From positions 248,001-312,000 of the forward strand of contig JAQGDQ010000132.1 of NCBI GenBank assembly GCA_030141605.1: 64,000 bases of DNA, read 5' to 3'. Shown piece after piece: positions 1-12,819 of this stretch. A model generated the notes under the pieces. The model saw only the letters and a program-made list of their open reading frames with translations. It had not been told where the DNA came from and ran no database searches. This DNA comes from Tubiluchus corallicola (taxonomy: Eukaryota; Animalia; Priapulida). Both the position numbers and the translations under genes were made by a program. Numbering within the stretch: position 1 is the stretch's first letter; every line of letters begins with the position of its first letter.

Positions 1-965
1 TCATTTTATCGTAAATGCCAGTCTCTCGAATTTTTTGTTTATTTTAGTGTAAATTGTAATGTGGTTTCAAACTGGAACAAATATGTACACGTAGTTACAT
101 CGGACTCCTAGACATGACTGTGTATCCATAATGTTCTTACGCTTCTTGTTCGTGATCCAAAAGAAACTTCGTTATAACTGCATGAGCTTTTGTCTAATTT
201 AGGCAAGTATTTCAAGTCGTATGGCCCAGAGAATAACATTAGGATGGTACAGAGGACAACAAAAACGGGTAGAGTTTGTTCGTATGAAGGGACCTCAAGG
301 AAAAGGTACAAGTTTCTTGAGCATTTCTGTCGAACTAAACTTTAAATTGCTACTTTGTACGTAATCTTACTTCCTTGCATTTGATTAACACCTTTTTATG
401 TTTTGTTTGATTTGGGTTATTTTCAACATTTGCGGATAGGTTAATTTTTATCTAAATGGTGTCTTACAAATCTGTCAAAAATCGTCCACCTCATGCCTAG
501 AAAGAGCTAGTTTATATCTGCAAATTTCTTATATAAAGTTACTTTGAGGAATTAATCACTAAAGCATGGAACATTATAGGTTATACTAATGTCAAATTCT
601 AAGATGACATGCGTTGCTGGTACAGGATATTCCAAAACAAAAAATACAGTGCAGTAGAAATATAACAAAGTGAACCGGTACGTGTGCATTATGACATCGT
701 AATGGCATGAAGATAATATTATAATTTTTATGTCATTATTTCAATTTTCTTATCATATAACTTATTATGACAACACTTTTTGGTTTTTTGTGGTGCAGTT
801 TTGACATCTTTATAGCATTTGTTACTGCATTGTTTCTTTTGCAACATCCTGTAATCAAGTTTTAACTAGACCCTATTGGTTTTGCACAGGTCTGTAAATT
901 TACAGAATAGTCAGACTTTCATTGATTATATAATTGGTGTTTCATTTAATGCAGGTCATGCAGAA

Positions 966-2377
966 ATGGCAGTCAGTAAAGAAAAGTCTTCAGTTACTGT
1001 TTCCTGTCCAACTACTCCTGACGAGGATAACTGGGATACAGAATTTACATTTGAAAACGAGGTGGTAGGTGGAGCCATCATAGATCGTAGTAATATCATG
1101 TCTAACTGTTTTTCTATTTTAAGCATGAGTTTATTGTTTTTTTGATGAGATGATTTTCTTGCTTTTACATAGTATCACCAATTGCATGTAAGTGTTTGTA
1201 AAATCACTTATTGCATTCTTGATGTTGTTGACTGATCCTATGTTGTTATTATTTTCATTTGTGCCACTACAATTAGACGAACACTAGAATACAAAACTTA
1301 AACAAGGGGCCACCAAGGGCGAAGTTAATTAGTGGAAAAGCATCAAATTCTGGAAGAACATCAGTGGTGTCACCTAGTGTGCATTCTCAAAAGTGCAGTC
1401 AAAAGGGAGATAAATGTCACATCATTCAGCCTCAACTTAGCCATAGGGGTAGAGACGTTAATCCGATATTACCTTATATACATCATCAACACTGTGATCA
1501 CAGGCCTGCAAATTGGCATAAACTTAATGGTGCTGCTACATCAGAGCTTAGAAATCATCAAACAAAGAATCCTTGTCAAGTTTTGTTAGCGAATGGTTGT
1601 GAAACGACGAGATCATCCCGGCATTGTTTATCTTTACCTCAGCATGATAAGTCTGAAACACATGTCACAGCAGTCAGTCATCTTAGACACAGAGATACGA
1701 CATGTGAAAACCATGCTACTGCCGATGCGTGTAATCAGAACTGTTTGCCACCGAGTCATAGCCATCGCAAGAATGCTCTTTTGACTGCCACTCGCCCCAC
1801 TGCACGATTCTACCACGGAATACGCGTCATTGACTCATCTCACTGTGACGGTGCACATATTGAAGAGGTTATTCATTTTATTTCGCTTTCTTTTTTGCTC
1901 TAACTGTTGTGTTGTTTAGAAAAATTTTGGTTGCAAGTTAGAATTTTTCGCATTTAGATATTTACATATTTGATTTTTTTAAATTTAGAAGCAATGTTAG
2001 ACTCGGCATTGTTTTACATTCAAAAGGATAAGAGAAGCTTATTTTGCAAACCTGTTAATTCAAAATTCAGTATTGCCAATATTTTGTGGGAAGAAACTTA
2101 GTTTTCAAGATAAATAGGGCTGTTACTATTATTCTCAATAGACCTATTACCTACCTTTTGTGTGTTTCAGTCATCGTATGACCATCGCCGAATGTCCGAT
2201 CCGTCTGCAAATCTCAAATCTTATGTTAAAGGATTCAGCCGTCATTCGAACTTGAAGAAAGCGTTGTCGAACTCAACAGAAAATATTGACGTTGATGTGA
2301 CATCTGAAGGATGGCATGAAGTCGAAGCAGGAGATCTTTTAGATGGTGAGACACTTTATGATACTTATGCAGTATAA
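966..2377 (+). CDS. Unrecognised spliced protein-coding gene, ~298 aa, Ser/His/Cys-rich and probably largely disordered
   Basis: Three phase-0-compatible exons: 966-1064 (ATG...GTG|gtaggt; alternative donor after 1061), 1277-1867 (aattag|ACG...GAG|gttatt; 197 open codons) and 2171-2377 (tttcag|TCA...YDTYAV*). Acceptor ttaatgcag at 954 precedes the ATG, so further 5' exons are likely. No family recognised. Confidence 0.6.
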
Positions 2378-2995
2378 TACCATTATAGTGAATGTGGTTT
2401 ATTGTGTACACACTGGCAATGCGAACTTACAAAGAAGAATGAAATTTCTTCATTTATTTAACTAGTATAATAGCTTTGAATACAGTGAACTCAGTTATTC
2501 CATATTGCTGACTTTTTATTGGACCCATTGCCCACATTACTATGTATTTACAAGTTTTTATTGCCTACTTTACCTTTGCCAGTCATTTGCAAATTAATTT
2601 ACAGTTAAATTTAACCCGTTCATTGCCTGGCACTGCAGAAAGTTGTTAACGCAGCATGCAGAGTTGATAACATGTCGGGTCGAAAGGTCATTTGTCTACT
2701 AGCTGTATAAGAACAACAAGTCAGTGGCTTGGCATCCAGTTGCATGTTTCTCGTACATTCACGGGGAGCTGACTCCTGAGATTTTTCTTCAAGTGAAGAA
2801 GCCCGCAGCATGAACTTTTTACACAAGGGACAAACAAAAATTTTCTGCAAAGATTGACTTGACTTTTTTAATGTCTTTGACTTTGTGGAACATCACCAAA
2901 ATTTGCAACTGAACTTGTACATTTATTATGAAACGTTCATTCATTTTTTAGTTTATTGAAGTTATATAAAATACTTTTCATCGAATTTAAATATA

Positions 2996-3547
2996 CAGTG
3001 TTCCCTCCCTACTTCGCGGTTCGTTTATTGTGGACTCGCCGTTTCGCGGGTTTTCAAAAATATTAATGTAAAATATTTATCACAGTATTTTCGTTGTTTC
3101 GTGGGTTTTTGCGGTACTCTGTAAAGTATTTTTGCATATGCGTAGTACGTATTGTACAGTAATATATAGATTTGATGAATTTTGCATAAAAAATCACAAA
3201 ATGTATAAAAACGAAATGTACTTGCACCCGCTTGAGATGCTACTTGGAGATGTCAGATTGTACACAACACACGATTGGTTGATTGATGGAAAGTGACCAA
3301 CCAGAGAATGCTGCTCTGTATCCCAGTCGCTGATTGGCTCAGGCACCGTGCAATTTGTTTTCCTTCGCTGTGCGCAGCTACCACCCTCTCAGCTCGTCCA
3401 TTTCACGTTAGCATCCAACTGTCGCATGTGCGTAGTTTAAAAATAATGTATAACTACTAAAATAACTATAGCGCCCCTACTTCACGGAAATTCACTTATC
3501 GCGGGTGGGCCTGGAACGGAACACTCACGATAAGTGAGGGAACACTG
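2996..3547. mobile_element. Tc1/mariner superfamily (pogo/Tigger-like) non-autonomous element (MITE), 552 bp
   Basis: Left TIR CAGTGTTCCCTCCCTACTTCGCG; right end reverse-complements to CAGTGTTCCCTCACTTATCGTG; TA on both flanks (2994-2995, 3548-3549). Confidence 0.85.
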
Positions 3548-4119
3548 TACTGCAAATTATTTTATACTTCATAGCAGCTTCTAAAAGTACTTTACATCCT
3601 CTATGAAGACTCACATTGTACATTTTTATACACATTGTTATTACTACATGCCTGTCGGTCTACATATTATTAGCTACATATGTTTGTAGAGTACCTCGAT
3701 TATAAAGAACTTTTTTCGGGGTCTCTAGCAGGTTCGCTATAATGAGGTTTTTATACCGTATTACGGCAATAGTAAGAAATGCAGATGACTGTAACTACCC
3801 ATGTGTTCATATTTCTGTAACTTTGTAAAATTAATCAACAGAAGCAAACACACTGTCGCTGAAATAATTAAGCAAAATGAGTTTTTCTTATTTTGCTTAG
3901 AACTTTTCTTGGAAGGAAGGCTGCACTTGTTAGTTTTCTATTGACATTCTCATGTACCCCCTCTCTGTACAGTATCTGATCTCAAACTATAGATCTCACA
4001 CAATAACAGTTGTCGTTCTTGATCTTGTTTATGCATCATTTTTGTGACTCAAATTACCGTTTTGCACAACCTTGACATTGAAAGTGGAGGCTCAGATTTT
4101 CTTCATCAACTCCCAAGTA

Positions 4120-4612
4120 CAGTCGTACCTCCGTTTTTGAATGTCTCTGTACTCGTACGAATCAGTTTTCGACCAGAAAATTTGAACTGGAATTGTCTCC
4201 GCTTTCGATGAGAACTTCGGTACTCGGCCAACCGCCAAACACGTGATGAACGCATGCGCAGCGAGCCGAGCGTAACTGAGAGTAGTCATGCACAAGATTT
4301 GAATCGCGTAACATCGCTAAGTGCTTTCTATGCTTATTTTTCTCCGCTTTTTCATGCAGGAATAATTATGTTTTTCTTTCTAAGTAATTCTATTATGTTT
4401 TTCTTATCAATTGTATCATATCTACTGTTTGAATAAACATTTTTGCATTATTATATTTCGTTTTAGTAAACTTTACAGTTCATTTGGTGATTGAGAACGG
4501 ATTATTTGCTTTTACATTATTTCTTATGGGAATAAATAATTCGGTACTCAACCAAATCAGTTTCCAAACACTTTTTAATAATGAATTATGGTCGAAAACA
4601 GAAGTATGACTG
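4120..4612. mobile_element. Second Tigger/pogo-like MITE, 493 bp
   Basis: TIRs CAGTCGTACCTCCGTTTTTGAA and (revcomp) CAGTCATACTTCTGTTTTCGAC; TA target duplication at 4118-4119 and 4613-4614. Confidence 0.85.
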
Positions 4613-4614
4613 TA

Positions 4615-5113
4615 CAAGGTTTTGAAAATGGACAGTAGGCCTTCGCGCATTTTCTATTGTCGCTCCAAATCTCTGGAATGCTCCACCAAAAGAGATTTGT
4701 TCTTTAAATTCTGTCATAACCTTCAAAAAAGCTGTCAAAATGCACTTGTTTCTTGAATATTTTACAAAATTGCTCTAGGTTATCCCTGCTTTACTGACTT
4801 GCACAGTAAATAATTCAGTACATTAACTTAAGCTCTATATTTTTATTTGTGACCATGGCTTTCTATTTGACTTTCTATTATTAACCTATAAATTTTAAAT
4901 TATAACTGTTTTTAACAATTTTTTTACTGTAAATTGTAACTGTGAGTTTTTATTCAGCATCATATGTACCTATTTCTTTTAAGTTCTAACTGCATAATTA
5001 TTTTATTGCGATTCGTTGTGTGATTTTTTTTATTTCCTTTAATTTTATCGTAAAAAGCACTGAGACCTTTAGATGGAGTGCATTTTTAGGAATAAACTAT
5101 TGTTATTATTATA
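4615..5113 (+). mobile_element. 3' end of an L2/CR1-group LINE (ORF2 C-terminus, 3' UTR, TAT tail)
   Basis: Translates GLRAFSIVAPNLWNAPPKEICSLNSVITFKKAVKMHLF, matching the L2/CR1 C-terminal pattern RAFSxxAPxLWNxLPxxI...FKxxLKTHLF; ends aagcactgagacc...aataaac followed by tattattat. Confidence 0.8.
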
Positions 5114-8100
5114 AGATTGATTTTCATTCTCATGGAAGTCAAAACTGGAATTAGAAGTTAACACAAAAAATTGTGTGTTCTCTGGAAGTAAACTATATTA
5201 TGGTTATTACTATTTTTTCATTCAGTACTCACCAAAACCGACAATATCTCCTTTACAAGTTCATTTTTGAGCATACTACACTTACACGTGATGTAGTTAA
5301 CAGTTACTAACAGTTACTAAAAATGTTGCTAGTTATTGGAATATTGTTTACCGAGTGTATTATACTTTCAGAGTTTGCCCAGGACAGTATTTACAACAAG
5401 GTATGGGAGAAAGGTCTTAGTCAAGCATGGTATTGGCTGAAAGAGCGACGACGGGCCAGCTGTGTAGCTCTTAATGCATTTACAACATACGTCTCTGTGC
5501 CATGTAATACAATAATAGAAGGTAAGGCGAGCACCATCACATTTCGGTGTTGTAGGTTTCAAATTCTCTCCGTTTTCAAAGTTATACATCAAAACTCAAA
5601 TCGTAAATCTGTTATGCCTTTTACATGAAAATAGCACAGGATGAATTCAGTCACTAAACGATTACCTACACGTTCGTCCACAGCCAGCTAGCTCTTGCAG
5701 CGGTTGAGATCACTGCCTAGCTGTCCCATTATGTACCGAGGGTGACCATCAGGCCCGCAGTAGAAAATTTCCGCAGAATATTTTCATGTTAAAAATTAAG
5801 TTTGCTCATTTTTCCTTCATATCCCATTGCTTCATGTTTTTTGTGCGACACTGTTAACATGTTTTTCGATACCAATTTCTTCCAGCCAGCCAACCACTTC
5901 AGCTAACAGTTTTTTGTTCCTTTGTCTTAATAATTATATAATAATTTATTGAATATTTTTAATGTATTTTACTCAACGATCAAATTCAGTCTTCTACTAT
6001 CTAAAACATTAACTGTAACAGATCTTGCAAAATTATTCAAAAAAAAAATTTACTTGCTTGTTTTCCCACTGCTAACCTGATTGAACATTTATGGCGATTT
6101 AACGTGCTTTGGCAATGTTTGCAGCATTTTAAGTAATGCCGAGCAAAATTATTAGCGCCAATCTGTCCTAATGAATATTCTGGTTGCCTAACGCATGTGA
6201 CGCTAACCTGTTTAACACCTACTAGAATGGGGCAAACCTGTAAAGAAGTCGACTTGCCGTGATCATTGTTAATTAGGTGTTGCATATTTTTGCACAATAG
6301 GAAACAATAAGGTTTGCATACCGGTGAGTTTTCATGTAAGAGCCATAGGCAAACAACACATGTCAGTAAATCATCAGTAGTCAGCACATTCAGACTAATA
6401 GCAAAAGGTAGTCATTATTCTCATGCTAGAATTAACTTCTGGTTTTGCTGTAATCGTTTGATGAACACGGAAACTGATGTACACGTGTTTTTTAAGAGAA
6501 CTCCGAAAAAGCCACTGTCAAAAATATCAATTGTTAAGCTTAATACTGGCTCTGGCATTTTCATCTGCCATGCTGATTACCTGGTTTTGGAGGATGTACA
6601 CAATCATAAACGATGTTTGGTCACCTTTCCAGCTAAATATGTCATTTGAGTTTGTCATCTTTAATAATTAAAATCCATGTAATCTTTTCGCAAATATCGA
6701 TATTTAGTAGGCGAGCTGTCATAGATTAAAAATGGAAATGTCATAATGTTACTGTCAAATGTTGAGTTCGGAAACCTACTTGCAAAAAAATTCAGTGCAA
6801 CATTTATGAAATATCCATTTTTCTGTACATCTGTTTTGGATTCTTAAAATGGAATAAGAAGTTTATTTTAAATTATGTGATTTTGTCAAATTTAATTTAT
6901 AATAGTTAAATGAAAAGAAGTTATAATAAATAGAGTTAATTAAATTTATTAGAAAGATGAAAAAAGCATTCTTTTGAAAGATAAGTGATAAGAATAACTT
7001 ATCAATTTTTTGATCTCTTAATTATATGCAGAAGCCTCTGCGTCATTTGGAATATTGTTCATCACAGACAATTCGGTAGAATGAACTTGTTTCTACATAT
7101 CTTAGTTGTCAAAACAATCGCAAAACTCGTTATTTTTAACTCAGTTTATTGCTGAATTTGGCATATTTTAGGCAAGCAGTTAATGCATAATCCATTGTAT
7201 TAGCCCTGCTTATTTTGGACGCAGAAATATTGTCAATAAAAGGATTGTTAGGTGCATGATTTCTCAGCTGTCCCACTAGTATAGGTGTAAAACAATCAGA
7301 AAACGAATCAATGAATAGAACAGGGTATTTATGCATATGGCATGTGTAAATTACCTTATTTCCTGAGATTTTGTCTGTCTGTAATTCAGTGATTCTGTCC
7401 TTTTAATAAAATGGCAAAGCGGGAAATTCTTACTGCGATATTATTGCTTGGACTCCCACTGTTGGTTTCAGTAGGCCTTGGCAGACTATCGCAAATAAAT
7501 GCAGACAGTGTTTTTATACACGCATGTGAGTGTGTAATCTTTGCGTATCGAATTTCATTGCGAATTGCTTAATTATGATAACTGGGCGGTTCCTTGAGCT
7601 GCGCTGCAGTGGGTGTGTAACTGTCATTAATGTTGGGCATTTTCTAAATAGTCATTGATTAATCATTCTAAAGCAAACTATGTAACATTTGGCCATGAAG
7701 CAGGCTCCCGTTTCAATAAATAGCTACACACAAGCACACAGTACATTCACCAAGAAATGAATGCACAAATGTGCATCTACACAGAATTTGGTTTAGCGTG
7801 TACCTTGGACAGTTTCTTTGGCCCCTAGCAATCCAAATTACTCGGAGTCTACTATTCTGAAATTTTGAGCAGAACATTCCTAAAATGGTAATGCAGTTTT
7901 TTCTTTGCACTAGATGTAATTACCTGACTTTACAGAAAACTAAAATGATTCTAAAATGTACTCAGTGTAGATTGTAACATCCACTATGTTACACATGTTC
8001 TGTTTTGTAACTGTTTGTATCAGATTATTTGCTCTGCAATTATTGCTCATTAATTTAAAAAAATAAAATATCATTTCAGAAAGATGAGGCTGTAGTGTTT

Positions 8101-11100
8101 TATATTTTTTTAGATGATTCAAATTACGATTAAAATCAAAGATTTATTGATTTAAATCACTTGTCGCGTAATGTACTCATTGACGTTTGCTTTTTTTCAG
8201 ATTTGTTAGAAATAAAGCAGCAGCCCGTGCTGACATTTTAGTCTGGCTTGTGGTCAACATTCTTCACTACAAACAAGAGAGCAGCCAATATTTTACTCTG
8301 GATCATCATGTCCCAAAACAGCTGCTTGTTGTTTAATTTCCCCCCTTCTCCAAAGCTGAGTGTCTCTCTGAAAACTCAGGAAAGTACTGGAAGGATAGAT
8401 GTTAATTGCATAAAAATGACTTAGAGCACATTATAAAATGATTGTATATAGATACTATAGACTGAATTAAACTGAATTTCTCTGAAATTTCGTAACTTTT
8501 AAATCCGCCCACCTCGCACCCGTCTCTTAGTCAATTTCCTGAATCTTGACTTGGCTTGAGTAGGTAGTTTTGAAATTATAAGAAAAATTGTACAAAAAGT
8601 TTCCGTTTTTTGATACGTAAAGGCCATACACTTAAGTGTCATTTTATCTCCCTGAGAATGTTGTTTTTAATTAGACTGAATTATGCCATGCTACAGACTA
8701 GCTTCTTAGGTATGGCGCCAATGTACTTTATTTTTTATCCCATAAAGACTGATATTATCAGTGCTGCATTATTTTGTTTTGCACACAGTCTGCTCATCTC
8801 TTGCTTTGTTTATTGCCAAATATTATGCACTGCAATACTACAATTGTTTTTAGCCACATTTTAAAATTTAACTTGCCTTAGTTTTGTACATGATAAATAT
8901 TTATCCAGAATTCTTTTATGCGAACTTGCCTGTCATCATTGTATGTATATGAGCGATAACTGAGTATTGTTTGTTTTTGACTCAAAATACACACGTCAAA
9001 ATTGACCAAAGATACTAAACATTGTTCTATATACAAAAACAAAACGCTGTTGATTTTTACCGTGACATTGATGTCGTGATAATAAAGCTTGTTGCCTGTA
9101 TGTATTAATTTAAGAAGTATGCTTATTGTCTAGTCATTAATTAATATTTATATTTCATTGTACATAATATATATGTATTTTATGTATTTACAGTGAATCA
9201 TATTATTTATGTATTACTTCATTTTATATTTCTGCTGGCTGTGCTATATTGTACGTAGTTAGTTTGTGTGGTATTTTGCGACTTTGTGATAACACCATGA
9301 TGAAGTTACTAAAATGTACTAATCTGTCACTCATTTCAACAGATACAAAAATTGTATTATTTTCTCATAACTCTTATTGCTACTTGTAGTATTTAATTGT
9401 GTTCAGGCAAATCTAAACTACTCTGCTCGTTTCATAATATAAATTACAAAATACATAGTAATATAAATTTTCAGGTAGTGCTGTGCTGATATAAAAATAT
9501 ATAAATTAAAAAATAAGAATTTAGTTTCTTAAAATCATGAGAAGTGCACGTATTATGCAAAATGTGTTTATCACGTTACCAATATAAACTGGTTTTCATA
9601 ACAGAAGGCCTTTGGTGTATGTTGTTTAAACCGTCAGAGAGACAATTTGCAAAACAAAAGTGCTTTAATAAGTTGCGCTGCAGAAAGTTATATTTATTGA
9701 TTTGTATTTTACATTTTTAATGGTAATCAAATGCATCTTCTTGCTTTCTTTCTATTAAAAGCTTGTCCCAATCTATTTTATAGTTTTTTTTTCGTTCGCT
9801 TAAGCCTTCGCATTTTTCTGCAAGCAAAATGTATATTTATTGTAAATAAATGTCTTCCAAAGAGACGTGTTGACAATGTGCTTTGTTTGTATTTCTATGA
9901 CTATGTGGAGTTAACTGAGTTTTTCTCGTGTTCTTTCAAGATGTGCAATCTAGTAAGCCTTTTCACAGTTCCAGCGATTGATGATGATCGTGAAAAGATC
10001 AGGGTTAAGTGTACCAGACAACGCATTTGTGTACACTACAAAGCCTCGCAGCCGAAGCTATTGTAAATGTAACAGTGTTAACAGCTAGCTAGAACCTTAC
10101 CTAGTTAATTTTTTCTGATTCCCAAGCAAGATCCTGCTAGTAAATCACTCTATGCACAGACTAATGTATAATAGGTAAAGTCCACGTAAAACAACTGAAG
10201 TTACGGAACTAATACGGTAGACGGCTTTGTTTTACCCACTGGTCACGTGATGATTGTAGTTAACACACAATGCTGTGGTACAGTTAACCTTTGACCTAAG
10301 CAACTGCACGTGTGAACAACTTGTCATGTTAGCACGATATGATACCAAAGAATAATAAATATAACACACGGTTAATACAACGAATTACTATAATTATCAA
10401 TATTCACAAAGTGATTATAAATGTAGAATAACTGTTTACAATAATAAATTTTATAGTTAAGCAGCATCGAGGCAATTTTACAGTCACCTGAAGAAATGCT
10501 ACAATTTCAAGATAATTAACATCTGCATACATGCAAAGTTTTTATCTTATCTAGTCATGCCTTCCCCAAATAGCCAAGCTGACTAGAGTTGGACAGACTA
10601 TTGATTAAAGTTGATAGCGAAATGCCAATATTATTGATTTATTATTGTGACACATGCTTAATTGTAGTTTTAAAGTGATCATGCCAGGCGTGTCAACTAA
10701 AGCTGAAAAAATGCGAGCATGTTTTTTGCGAAAATTCCCATGTCACAAAGAATTCTTCATTCCAATGGCTGCCTAAGCACTTCCGAATTACCTTTTCAAT
10801 ACCAACCATGAACCCTAACCAATTCCTCTAAGAACTTTTGCAAAGCAGTTGTCTAACCAACCTGCCCTACCCTTGCGTATTTATATTTTAACATTATGGT
10901 ACTATAACTGACTAGGTTTGGAACAGAGCTGATTCAATATAAGTTTTTCGTTAAAACTCACAAAACTTAGTGCACTGTTACAAAAACTAAGAATGATGTT
11001 TAAAAATATCTACAGAATTTACAAAGTGATTGAAAATGGTATAAGAAATCATATATATTGTACATAGTTCTTAATTTAAACCATTGGATTTTGCACAAAT

Positions 11101-12819
11101 TATCCGTTTCATTAAAATATTTATTTGAAAAACTAATGATATAAATCGGTATAGTATATCATTATTTCTTGTTCACTTAGTGAAGTAAATAGTTTCTGCA
11201 AAATGAAATGGTTTAAATTTTAAACAAGAATTTCAAAACAAGCATGCCTTGGTAAAAAAACAAATTACGCTTAAATTTTATGATAGCAGTATGTCGTTCT
11301 GCTCCAGAAACATAGAGATAAGTAATTTTACTTAAGAAACATGGGAAGAAAGGTAAAATTCATTCTTTCAACTGAAAGCGATTATTAATTATAGTTCATA
11401 TTATCCTGACAACCTCAGTGTTAGATAATTTCAATAAGTGCATATGCAAAAAATCTATATACTAGCCATGCATTTATGGACCATAGGCAATATTGATCTA
11501 ATGTGAGAAAAGTACAGTTTGGAAGGATTGGTGCTGGTGCTGCCCGGCAGCAAATTAGTCAATCGAGCTCTATCTAGTAGCTGCCCAAATACAGTGCGGA
11601 ATTATTAGTGTACATAGGTTATACTATACTTTTGCAGTGTAAGGAGTCAACTTATTTCTAATTGTATGAAGCCAATCAAAAGCAAAATTTTGGTCAAATA
11701 CCAGTGGCACAGCAGGCCTCTGTAGCATAGATCAAGGTGCAAAAACACAAAAGTGAACAGCTACTTACAATAATGATTAAAATATACCCTCGAGAGGAAA
11801 TAAATTTACGTTTATTAAATTTTTGATACCAACCACCAAACCAAAGAAAAAAATAAAATGTGAAAAAGGTCAGAGATGAATTACGAACCAGGGAACTTTG
11901 AATTACAAGCCCAAAAAATGAGCAAGTTCAACATCAATTCCAGGACTACTTCATTTAAAAGCAACTGGAAAAAATATCTTTAATCTAGTATGAATTTGAA
12001 GTCCACAGTACGAATTTGCAGTCTATAATGCTATATTGTTGATAAGTAGCATTATTAATGAGAAGGAAAAAGAGTAATAGTTTAGCTGTATGTCATACAA
12101 ATTTCACTTGACAAAATACTATCTTACAAGCCATACAGCCTAGTTTTGAAAAATTAAGTGTTATTGCCTAACAGTAACGGATATGAAATTTAAGTGTAAT
12201 TTCATGTGCTATGAATCATGCGATACAGCATTCATTGAGCCAATGTACAATAACTATTGAACTTAGTTTAGAAATAAGCGAGTAAATTGCTTAACACATA
12301 AAACCCCCAATAATTATAGTCCTCATTATAAAAAATGTTTTTATTATGTCCCTGAAGAGACAACTGACGTAATCATTGAGATGCTACAGGTATTTCTATA
12401 CATAACACAGCATATGTGTATAAATGGGCAGAAATCATGGGGTACTTGAATCAACCCGAGTGACCCGACGGTGCATATTTCTACAGAAAACTAGGTGAAA
12501 AAATAATATAACTTTTTCCTCGCTAGTATTTTATGCTATTTTGATTTGTACAGACCGCGTAGCTGAGTTGAACAGTTGAACTGCAGTCGCGAAGTGCCAT
12601 AAAAACACTACCATAACAATCAATGTACATGCAGTATATACTGGTGAGAGCTAGGCTGATCTAGCCTAGCTGCCACTCGCTCTTCATCCGAGAACAAGCT
12701 TTATAATTCAGTCTGTCCAAGTTCAGACATAAAACAGCAAAGTCGTCATGTCGAATAATTAGCTCAGCTGCCCTCTATTTACAGTGCACAACACGGTTAC
12801 TATGAAAACAGGTAAGATA

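Noticed and set aside
2611-2640. piggyBac-like end TTAA-CCCGTTCATTGCC
   Set aside because: No matching right end found nearby.
5677-5700. miR-2-like sequence cacagccagct
   Set aside because: Partial match only and no precursor hairpin.
5369-6240. Possible hAT element with ends cagagtttgccc / gggcaaacctg
   Set aside because: Short imperfect TIR and no target-site duplication.
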